A program made the position numbers and the translations under genes. A stretch of DNA of 32,000 nt, taken from Microcystis aeruginosa NIES-2549 (GTDB lineage Bacteria > Cyanobacteriota > Cyanobacteriia > Cyanobacteriales > Microcystaceae). Shown one piece after another: positions 23,317 to 30,742 of the stretch; the first letter of the stretch is position 1, and every line of letters begins with the position of its first letter. The notes below the pieces were generated by a model. It was not told where the DNA came from. It saw only the letters and a program-made list of their open reading frames with translations, and did not search any database. The DNA lies in assembly GCF_000981785.2 (NCBI RefSeq), contig NZ_CP011304.1, forward strand, positions 2,910,001 through 2,942,000, given 5' to 3'.

Positions 23317-25182
23317 ATGGCAGAAGAAACGGCGAAAATCAAGCTTTATCGGAAAACCTATCAACTTCCCCAACTAAATCGCCCCGATTTATTGGTTTTG
23401 CAGGATCAGATTCAAGAAAGACAGCAACTGATTAAAACTGGAAAACGGGTCCGCAATACATGGTTAGGATTGAGGAAAAAAGAAGAACCCCTCAATTTCG
23501 AGGAAACTTTTCAAGAATTGGAAAGATTAGTCGGGGACTATAACCAGTTAATCGGATTTCTCACCGACCATAAGGATGAATACCGACGGTTTTTCCAGTC
23601 ACTGACCGAGGAAATCAAGGAGGCAGTGGCGGTTAAATGCCAGAAATTGGCAGAAACAGAGCGAAAACGCCAATCTTTGGAGAATAGCATCGGCTCGGCC
23701 GACCTGCGAGATACCCTGAGACTACAGAAACAGCAGATTTTCCGCACCGTGATTCTTGTTGGTCGCGCCAGCTTGCTTATGCTCAAGAAAATCGACTTAA
23801 TCAGCGAAAGTATCCAGAAATTAGCCGAAGATCAGGATACACAAAAACAGGTTTTCTCGAAAATGATCGGCGAGTTGAACGGGTACAAACAAGTGTATCA
23901 GTTGCAGCTGGAGTTAGATAATCTGGAAAAAGAAGCGATCGAAATGGCCAAAGTAGCCATTAATCTAGAACAATACCTAAAACCAATTATCGGGCAGTTT
24001 CAAGGCTTAATCGATCGAGTAGTGACCATTGACGGGGAACTTTCCCGCAGTGTCAGCGAAGTGGAATCCCTCGTCCAGAACATTCTTAGTTCCGAATCGG
24101 CCGTATCTTTCCGCAAAAACGAGAATCTATCGGCTAGTTTGCTCAATTTCCTCGTCACCAGCGAAGAAAAGCGCGGCCGTTTAGCGATCGCATTAGAGCG
24201 AGCCGAGCAGGAAGGATGGCAATGGACAGACGTGGAAATCCCCGACGAGGAAATCGAACTGGAAACCGCCATTCAACGCATCAACAACCATGTAATCGAG
24301 AGAGTTGGGAATTTTACCACCTCCGTCGTCGGTGATTCTCCTATTCCTCCCCCTTCCCAACCAAAGACACCCCTAGACAATAAAACTCCTTCTTCTCCAT
24401 CAGATTGGATGATTCCATCTAAATCTGCTCAACCAGAGACACCCCTAGACAATAAAACTCCATTTACCGAAAACCTACCCAATGGGATAACACTAGAGAT
24501 GGTGAACTTACCAGCAGGTCAATTTCTCATGGGATCTCCTGACAGTGATCCCGATGCTAGGGATTGGGAAAAGCCTCAACACCAAGTTAAAGTCAACAGT
24601 TTTGCGATTGGGAAATATCTGGTGACTCAGGCACAATATGAAGCGGTAATGGGAACCAATCCCTCTTATTTTAAAAACAATCCGCAAAATCCGGTAGAAA
24701 TGGTTACTTGGAACGATGCTCAAGCCTTTTGTCAGAAATTGAGTCAAATAACCGGGAAAACCTATCGCCTCCCCACAGAAGCGGAATGGGAATATGCCTG
24801 TCGTGCGGGGACTACTACTCGCTATTATTTCGGTGATGATGCCAATCAGTTAGGAGATTACGCTTGGTATATCGGAAATCCTCAGCAGACAACTCATCCT
24901 GTGGGCCAGAAAAAGCCCAATGCTTGGGGACTGTATGACATGAGTGGCAATGTTTGGGAGTGGTGCGAAGACGATTGGCACGATAACTATATCGGAGCGC
25001 CAAAGGATGGATCTGCGTGGACTATCAATAATGATAATCGTTCTCATCCCAAGTGTCTGCGCGGCGGTTCTTGGAACATCAACCCTTATGACTGTCGTTC
25101 TGCCGACCGCGGCAGGAGCAACCCCGTCTACGTCAACGACGACGACGGTTTTCGGGTTGCGTGTGTCTCCCCAGGACTTTAA
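23317..25182 (+). CDS. DGR variable (target) protein: N-terminal helical domain of unknown function plus C-terminal formylglycine-generating-enzyme-like (FGE/SUMF1, CLec-fold) domain carrying the VR
   Basis: The C-terminal about 230 aa carry FGE-sulfatase blocks (LPAGQFLMGSP, HQVKV.SFAIGKY.VTQAQYEAVMG.NPS, PVE.VTWNDAQAFC, YRLPTEAEWEYACRAG, NAWGLYDMSGNVWEWCED, LRGGSW, GFRVA). The last 41 codons are the VR. Confidence 0.85.
   Translation: MAEETAKIKLYRKTYQLPQLNRPDLLVLQDQIQERQQLIKTGKRVRNTWLGLRKKEEPLNFEETFQELERLVGDYNQLIGFLTDHKDEYRRFFQSLTEEIKEAVAVKCQKLAETERKRQSLENSIGSADLRDTLRLQKQQIFRTVILVGRASLLMLKKIDLISESIQKLAEDQDTQKQVFSKMIGELNGYKQVYQLQLELDNLEKEAIEMAKVAINLEQYLKPIIGQFQGLIDRVVTIDGELSRSVSEVESLVQNILSSESAVSFRKNENLSASLLNFLVTSEEKRGRLAIALERAEQEGWQWTDVEIPDEEIELETAIQRINNHVIERVGNFTTSVVGDSPIPPPSQPKTPLDNKTPSSPSDWMIPSKSAQPETPLDNKTPFTENLPNGITLEMVNLPAGQFLMGSPDSDPDARDWEKPQHQVKVNSFAIGKYLVTQAQYEAVMGTNPSYFKNNPQNPVEMVTWNDAQAFCQKLSQITGKTYRLPTEAEWEYACRAGTTTRYYFGDDANQLGDYAWYIGNPQQTTHPVGQKKPNAWGLYDMSGNVWEWCEDDWHDNYIGAPKDGSAWTINNDNRSHPKCLRGGSWNINPYDCRSADRGRSNPVYVNDDDGFRVACVSPGL
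25057..25180 (+). repeat. DGR variable repeat (VR)
   Basis: 118 nt (25057-25174) align without gaps to TR 26724-26841. There are 13 mismatches, all at TR adenines. Weaker similarity extends 6 nt further. Confidence 0.9.
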
Positions 25183-25215
25183 CCCTTTGTTCTTTTGCTC
25201 TTTTGCCCTTTGTCT

Positions 25216-25245
25216 CCCGCCCTTAGGCGGGTCGATTTTTTTTTT
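25216..25245 (+). terminator. GC hairpin plus T10 tract downstream of VR (terminator; possibly also the DGR target-recognition hairpin)
   Basis: CCCGCC (25216-25221) pairs with GGCGGG (25226-25231) around the loop CTTA. TCGA and ten T residues (25236-25245) follow. It starts 34 nt after the target-gene stop. Confidence 0.65.
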
Positions 25246-25292
25246 GAGAAAAGAATGTTAAGATTTATTACAGATAAAGAGAGGTAAAGTCG

Positions 25293-25646
25293 TTGAGCGA
25301 ACTATCAATTATCCAGAAGATGTACGATTTAATTAAATGGTATGTCCCAATCCTAACACGAATTCCCAAAACGCACAAATTTACCCTAGGAGAAAGACTG
25401 ATCAATAACTTGTATAGTGTACTAGAGGAACTCATTCTGATTAAATACGAGCGAGAAAAATTAGATAGATTGGTAGCTCTCAACGCTCGACTGGACGTTA
25501 TCCGTTATCAAACCCGACTCCTATGGGATTTTTCTCCGCTTTCTCCAGAAAGATACGAATATGTGAGTAAATTGATAGAAGAAATTGGTCAAGAGCTAGG
25601 TGGCTGGATCAAACAGCAAAAAAATAAACGGACACCAACGAAATGA
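25293..25646 (+). CDS. avd: DGR accessory variability determinant (Avd; four-helix-bundle protein)
   Basis: 117 aa, basic and helical. The typical Avd / 23S-rRNA-IVS-family N-terminus is present ([27 protein letters not shown]). A TTG start lies 8 nt after AAGAGAGG, with ATG 25320 as an alternative. The stop overlaps the RT start (ATGA at 25643-25646). Confidence 0.8.
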   Translation: MSELSIIQKMYDLIKWYVPILTRIPKTHKFTLGERLINNLYSVLEELILIKYEREKLDRLVALNARLDVIRYQTRLLWDFSPLSPERYEYVSKLIEEIGQELGGWIKQQKNKRTPTK

Positions 25647-26701
25647 AGCGATACGGCAACCTCTACACGGATATTATCAACTTCCAAAATCTCACCCTAG
25701 CGGCCAATAAAGCGCAGAAAGGAAAAAGATTTAAAGAGAATGTTTTAGAATTTAATTATAATCGAGAGCGAGAATTAATTATTTTAGAGCAAGAATTACG
25801 AGATAAAACCTACCAGCACGGAAACTATAAGACTTTTTATATTCGAGAGCCAAAAATCCGCATGATCTCGGCTGCACCCTATAGAGATAGAGTCGTTCAT
25901 CACGCCTTATGTAATATAATCAATCCAATTTTCGAGCGGACTTTTATTAATAATTCCTATGCCAATCGAGTGGGATTCGGTACTCATAAAGCTTTAAGAA
26001 AGTTTATTCAATACTCCCGAACTAGCCGCTATGTTTTGCAGTGCGACATCGAGAAATATTTTCCCAGTATCGATCACGAAATTCTTAAAATAATGATCGA
26101 AAAAAAAATCAAATGTCGCGATACCCTCTGGCTAATCGAAAGCATCATCGACAACAGTAACGAACAGATTCCAGTTAACCATTGTTTTGATGATGAGGAT
26201 TTGCTAACCTCTATATCTAGAAGAAAAGGTTTGCCGATGGGAAATTTAACCAGCCAGTTTTTTGCCAATATTTTTCTGAACGGACTAGATCATTTTGTTA
26301 AAGAAAACCTCAAAGTCAACAAATATTTACGCTACGTCGATGATTTTAGCTTATTTTCCGATGATCGAGAGTTTCTCTGCTACGCTCGACAGGAAATCGA
26401 GAAGTATTTAGCTTCAATAAAGCTAAGAATCCATTCCGTTAAGAGTCAACTATTCGAGACAAAAATCGGAGCTACTTTTGTTGGATTTCGAGTATTTCCC
26501 GACCGCGTGAAGGTAAAAAATGATAATCTACATCGAGGAAGAAGAAGAATTAAGCGACTCAAACAAGAGCTGGCAAATGGTACGATCACGCTCGAAGAGA
26601 TGTCTCGTTCTTTACAAAGTTGGTTCGCACATCTTCAACACGGTGATACACGACAGTTAAGAGAAAAGCTATTTGATTCTCTCATCTCGATGAGAAATTA
26701 A
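25643..26701 (+). CDS. DGR-type reverse transcriptase (RNA-directed DNA polymerase)
   Basis: 352 aa with RT motifs 1-7: [49 protein letters not shown] (the GxxxSQ signature typical of DGR RTs) and the catalytic YVDDFSLF. It has no maturase/endonuclease or retron-type extensions. Confidence 0.9.
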   Translation: MKRYGNLYTDIINFQNLTLAANKAQKGKRFKENVLEFNYNRERELIILEQELRDKTYQHGNYKTFYIREPKIRMISAAPYRDRVVHHALCNIINPIFERTFINNSYANRVGFGTHKALRKFIQYSRTSRYVLQCDIEKYFPSIDHEILKIMIEKKIKCRDTLWLIESIIDNSNEQIPVNHCFDDEDLLTSISRRKGLPMGNLTSQFFANIFLNGLDHFVKENLKVNKYLRYVDDFSLFSDDREFLCYARQEIEKYLASIKLRIHSVKSQLFETKIGATFVGFRVFPDRVKVKNDNLHRGRRRIKRLKQELANGTITLEEMSRSLQSWFAHLQHGDTRQLREKLFDSLISMRN

Positions 26702-26723
26702 AGAAGGAGTAGAACAATTTCGA

Positions 26724-26847
26724 CTGCGCGGCGGTTCTTGGAACAACAACCCTAATAACTGTCGTTCTGCCAACCGCAACAGGAACAACCCCGACAACGA
26801 CAACAACAACAACGGTTTTCGGGTTGCGTGTGTCTCCCCAGTACTTT
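26724..26847 (+). ncRNA. DGR template repeat (TR), part of the template RNA
   Basis: Starts 22 nt after the RT stop. By my count it has about 32 adenines in 118 nt, mostly as 13 AAC codons in the VR reading frame. The 3' end GGTTTTCGGGTTGCGTGTGTCTCCCC has no adenine and is identical in the VR. Confidence 0.9.
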
Positions 26848-26967
26848 CCCTCACCAGAGTCGGTGCATGAGAATGTATCGAGCGAGTAAGGAAAAGTCCA
26901 GTTCTATTCCCGCGATGCTGGCGACAGTATCCGAACATTGCCACGAAATCGGTTAGCTTGGTAGGAG

Positions 26968-27001
26968 ATATCCGAACAGTTAACCGATTTCGGATATTTT
27001 T
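26968..27001 (+). terminator. Hairpin plus T tract downstream of TR (candidate end of the DGR transcript)
   Basis: ATATCCGAA (26968-26976) pairs with TTCGGATAT (26989-26997) around a 12 nt loop, followed by TTTT. An alternative pairing is CGAAATCGGTTA (26943-26954) with TAACCGATTTCG (26981-26992). Confidence 0.5.
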
Positions 27002-27101
27002 GGTGTTGAGGTTTCAGTGCCTCTGTCGTCTCTCTTTTGATACTAAATCCGTTGAGTATAGGCTACATATCAGGACAGGCACTCATGCAAGAGGCAAAAG
27101 G

Positions 27102-27218
27102 GGCGTTGCTGATTTGATATCTGAATCTTCTTTTCTGGTATTTTTAAAACCTAGAGCCAAACTAACTTTTGCCCGGGAACCTGCACATTTGGCATTCATA
27201 CCTTGATTCAGCAACGCC
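27102..27218. repeat. MITE-like element or long hairpin (117 bp) bounded by perfect 11 bp inverted repeats
   Basis: GGCGTTGCTGA (27102-27112) and TCAGCAACGCC (27208-27218) are the arms. Immediately upstream is GGCACTCATGCAAGAGGCAAAAGG, the reverse complement of the motif at 21260-21283. Confidence 0.4.
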
Positions 27219-27303
27219 GACACAGCTAGTCTCTCTGCTATAGTACAAAAGTAGTTTAGCATGATACGCTATCTAACCTTATTGCGATCGCGTTGAACTT
27301 TTC

Positions 27304-27594
27304 CTATTCCCCTTGAGTTGCTTGTCTAACCTGTTCGATCTCTAATTCTAAAGCTTGTGCTATCTGTTCAAAGTTCAATCCTAATGCCAATAAACGAGGA
27401 ATAGAGGCTAATTTTGCCGCTAATTCGCCTTCTTGTCGGCCTTCCTCTCTACCTTCCTCTCTACCTTCCTCTCTACCTTCTTCTAAAGCTTCCTGATACA
27501 CTTTAGTTTGTTTTAAATCACTTAAACTAAACATCGCTTCTATCTCCTTTCTACTGACTTGGGGTAACTTATAAACCAAGATTGTCTCTATCAA
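27304..27594 (-). pseudogene. C-terminal remnant of an Rpn/YhgA-like putative transposase (PD-(D/E)XK family)
   Basis: The TTG-initiated 96 aa ORF begins mid-domain: IETILVYKLPQVSRKEIEAMFSLSDLKQTKVYQEALEEGREEG... These are the C-terminal blocks I recognise from cyanobacterial Rpn-family proteins. The N-terminal nuclease domain is absent. Confidence 0.45.
27440..27475. repeat. 12 bp tandem repeat CCTTCCTCTCTA x3 (encodes an EGRE-type repeat on the minus strand)
   Basis: Three perfect units are read directly, plus the partial unit CCTTCTTC. They lie within the Rpn-like remnant. Confidence 0.85.
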
Positions 27595-27694
27595 TTCTAA
27601 AAGTTCTTGCTGTTGTTTGACTTACGGTGGCACACCATAAATCATCCTCTTGCCAAACAATAACTTTAATATTCATCTTTAACTTTTTTTGTCC

Positions 27695-28207
27695 TTATAT
27701 GTCGAAGTAATGATCGATATCAATCGGGAACCATTCCCCATCTAATACCTGTTCGAGGGAGAAAGGAGGCTCTAGAGGAATCGCGTCGCGAGTGACTGCT
27801 TTCGCTTGTATTAAAGTTTTCCGAGCGTTCGAGTAGGCTTTTTGAAAATAATCCCGCGCGTGGTTGGTGAGAGTGGTGGTTTCTAGCCACTCTCCTAGTT
27901 GAGTTCGGAAACTGGCGATTTCTCCTACCCAGTGACAGACGTTGCGTTCTCGCTCCCGTTCCGATTTGTGATAAGCTAACTTAAACAGGTGTTCGATAAG
28001 TCGGGTTAATAAACTTTCTACAGCCCGTCTGTCACTTTTCCCCATGCACTCCACTTCCTCGATCAGATTTTCCCAGTCCACCTCATCAAACTTTTTTAGC
28101 TTTAAAAGTTCGGCGGTTTTTGAAGCCCAGAGAACAAAATCCTGATCGTATAAGGCTTTCATTGATAAAGCTGTTTCTACTGCCATAGTTTCGTTCCAAC
28201 TGCTCAT
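27695..28207 (-). CDS. DUF29 domain-containing protein
   Basis: LYDQDFVLWASKTAELLKLKKFDEVDWENLIEEVECMGKSDRRAVESLLTRLIEHLFKLAY is the characteristic DUF29 N-terminal pattern. The start may be an internal ATG (28186 or 28162). Confidence 0.75.
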   Translation of the reverse strand: MSSWNETMAVETALSMKALYDQDFVLWASKTAELLKLKKFDEVDWENLIEEVECMGKSDRRAVESLLTRLIEHLFKLAYHKSERERERNVCHWVGEIASFRTQLGEWLETTTLTNHARDYFQKAYSNARKTLIQAKAVTRDAIPLEPPFSLEQVLDGEWFPIDIDHYFDI

Positions 28208-28334
28208 AAAACTATGTCTTCAGCTTAACTTGACTGGCGCAAACCTTTTTAACTTTTTTGTCTTTTACTAAGCATTGTAACTCGATCTCATCAGACGTTA
28301 TACAATAAGTCTTGTCCCTCGATCGCATTGTCCC

Positions 28335-30605
28335 ATGACTACCCCCTTCACTGCCGCAGAAATTGCCTCAGAAGGCATCAAACCCGAAGAATACGAAGAA
28401 ATAGTCAAAAGACTGGGAAGACACCCCAACAAAGCCGAATTAGGAATGTTTGGCGTGATGTGGTCGGAACACTGCTGTTATAAAAACTCCCGGCCGCTGC
28501 TCAAACAATTCCCCACTACTGGCGAAAAAATTCTTGTCGGACCGGGGGAAAATGCCGGAGTAGTGGATTTAGGCGATGGATTGCGATTAGCCTTTAAAAT
28601 CGAGTCCCATAATCATCCTTCTGCGGTGGAACCGTTCCAAGGTGCCGCTACTGGAGTCGGAGGCATCCTGCGGGATATTTTTACCATGGGGGCCCGGCCC
28701 ATTGCTATCCTCAACTCCCTCCGTTTTGGTAACTTGCAAGATGCCCGCAATCGTCGCATTTTTGCCGGAGTCGTGGAAGGAATAAGTCATTATGGCAATA
28801 GTGTCGGCGTTCCCACGGTGGGCGGTGAGATATACTTCGATAATGCCTACAATGGCAATCCCCTCGTTAATGCCATGGCTTTAGGGCTAATGGAAACCGA
28901 GGAAATCGTTAAATCTGGGGCAAAAGGCCTGGGAAACCCGGTTTTATACGTTGGTTCTACCACCGGCCGCGACGGTATGGGAGGAGCGAGTTTTGCCAGT
29001 GCCGAATTAACCGATAAATCTATGGATGACCGGCCCGCAGTGCAAGTGGGCGACCCTTTTCTGGAAAAATCCCTGATAGAAGCTTGTTTAGAGGCATTTA
29101 AGACCGGCGCGGTGGTGGCGGCCCAGGATATGGGGGCCGCCGGGATCACCTGTTCTACCTCCGAGATGGCGGCCAAGGGAGGGGTGGGAATTGAATTAGA
29201 TCTCGATAAAATCCCCGTCCGGGAAACTGGGATGGTCCCCTACGAATATCTGCTGTCGGAATCCCAAGAAAGAATGTTATTTGTGGCAGCATCGGGACGA
29301 GAAGGCGAATTAATCGAGATTTTCCATCGTTGGGGACTTCAGGCTGTGGTCGCTGGCCAGGTAATTGCAGAACCGATCGTCCGTATATTATTTAAAGGGG
29401 AAATTGCCGCCGAAATTCCTGCCACGGCCCTAGCGGATAATACTCCGATTTATCATCGGGAATTACTGGCAGAACCGCCGGAATACGCCCAAAAAGCTCA
29501 ATTATGGGAAGATGCCACTATTCCTATTCCCGAATCCCATAACGAGATTTTATTAAAACTGCTCGATAGTCCCTCGATTGCCTCAAAACGCTGGGTTTAT
29601 CGTCAATATGACCATCAAGTCCAGAATAACACCGTTATTCTTCCCGGGGGGGCCGATGCGGCCGTGATTCGCGTGCGTCCTCTGGGTGCTAATCCCGCCA
29701 ATTCTCGGCGAGGTGTAGCGGCGACTACAGATTGTAATCCGCGATACGTTTATCTTGATCCCTATAACGGAGCTAAGTTGGCCGTGGCCGAAGCGGCCAG
29801 AAACCTTAGCTGTGTTGGGGCCGACCCCATTGCTGTCACGGATAATCTCAATTTCGGAAGTCCAGAGAATTCAATCGGTTATTGGCAATTAGCCACTGCT
29901 TGTCAGGGTATTGCCGAAGCTTGTCGGGAAATGAATACACCAGTAACTGGGGGTAATGTCTCTTTGTACAACGAAACCGTTGATGCAGCTGGCAGCCCCC
30001 AGTCTATTTATCCCACTCCCGTGATTGGGATGGTGGGATTAGTGCCGGATATCGGGCAAATTTGCGGCCAAGGTTGGCAAAAAGCGGGGGATTTAATCTA
30101 TATTTTGGGTTTTTCCTTGCCAACTATCGGCGCATCGGAATATTTAGCCGTTATTCACGGTTTGGTGACGGGAAAACCGCCAGTAATTGATTTTGAATTA
30201 GAAAGAAAGGTACAAGCGGCCTGTCGTCGGGGAATTCGCGCCGGTTGGGTGAAATCTGCCCACGATTGCGCCGAGGGAGGTTTAGCCACTGCTCTGGCAG
30301 AATGCTCTATTAGTGGGCAGTTAGGGGCGGAAATTGACCTTTCTTGGCAGCATCAGGGCCGTTTTGACGCGGTGTTATTCGGAGAGTTAGCTAGTTGCAT
30401 TATTGTCTCCGTTTCCCCCGAAAATCGGCAAGATTGGGAAGAATATCTAAAGACACAATTGGGAGACTATTGGCAAATAACCGGCAAAGTTAGCGAAAAA
30501 AGCGATAATCTTCTGATTTTTGACCGGGATAAACAACCGGCGATCGATGTTAGTCTAGAAACTATACAGCAAGTTTGGTCAAAAGCGATCGAAAGAAGGC
30601 TGTAA
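28335..30605 (+). CDS. purL: Phosphoribosylformylglycinamidine synthase subunit PurL (FGAM synthase II)
   Basis: 756 aa with conserved PurL blocks ([60 protein letters not shown]). The length and domain duplication are typical of small PurL. Confidence 0.95.
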   Translation: MTTPFTAAEIASEGIKPEEYEEIVKRLGRHPNKAELGMFGVMWSEHCCYKNSRPLLKQFPTTGEKILVGPGENAGVVDLGDGLRLAFKIESHNHPSAVEPFQGAATGVGGILRDIFTMGARPIAILNSLRFGNLQDARNRRIFAGVVEGISHYGNSVGVPTVGGEIYFDNAYNGNPLVNAMALGLMETEEIVKSGAKGLGNPVLYVGSTTGRDGMGGASFASAELTDKSMDDRPAVQVGDPFLEKSLIEACLEAFKTGAVVAAQDMGAAGITCSTSEMAAKGGVGIELDLDKIPVRETGMVPYEYLLSESQERMLFVAASGREGELIEIFHRWGLQAVVAGQVIAEPIVRILFKGEIAAEIPATALADNTPIYHRELLAEPPEYAQKAQLWEDATIPIPESHNEILLKLLDSPSIASKRWVYRQYDHQVQNNTVILPGGADAAVIRVRPLGANPANSRRGVAATTDCNPRYVYLDPYNGAKLAVAEAARNLSCVGADPIAVTDNLNFGSPENSIGYWQLATACQGIAEACREMNTPVTGGNVSLYNETVDAAGSPQSIYPTPVIGMVGLVPDIGQICGQGWQKAGDLIYILGFSLPTIGASEYLAVIHGLVTGKPPVIDFELERKVQAACRRGIRAGWVKSAHDCAEGGLATALAECSISGQLGAEIDLSWQHQGRFDAVLFGELASCIIVSVSPENRQDWEEYLKTQLGDYWQITGKVSEKSDNLLIFDRDKQPAIDVSLETIQQVWSKAIERRL

Positions 30606-30742
30606 TCTTGAGGCCGTCAGCTAGATAAGATGGCCGATTATATCGGTAAATAAAGGCTGATAGCTGATCAATAAATCGTTAAAAGAAGATTAAGATCGGT
30701 TAAGATTTTGTTACCAAAGTATTCTGCAGCCCCAACCCTCCC

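Larger units (their letters stand above)
23317..27001 (+). mobile_element. Diversity-generating retroelement (DGR): target gene with VR, avd, reverse transcriptase, TR
   Basis: All four canonical parts lie on one strand, with intact ORFs. The TR/VR pair differs only at TR adenines. See the component features. Confidence 0.9.

Noticed and set aside
24944-25261. 105 aa plus-strand ORF in an alternative frame across the FGE domain, the VR and the terminator
   Set aside because: It lies entirely inside or beyond a strongly supported CDS in another frame and runs through the terminator hairpin. There are no family features.
25643-26701. Reverse transcriptase as a retron, group II intron or Abi-type RT
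   Set aside because: There is no intron RNA domain structure and no maturase or endonuclease domain. There are no msr/msd-like inverted repeats. An Avd gene and a TR/VR pair with adenine-only mismatches point specifically to a DGR.
26669-26944. 91 aa minus-strand ORF overlapping the end of the RT gene and the whole TR
   Set aside because: It is the reverse complement of the AAC-rich template repeat (giving LLLL/GLLF runs). There is no start context and it overlaps a functional non-coding element, so it is a composition artefact.
26958-27206. 82 aa plus-strand ORF after the TR
   Set aside because: It has a non-ATG (TTG) start and runs through the post-TR hairpin/terminator and the inverted-repeat element. 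It has no homolog-like features.
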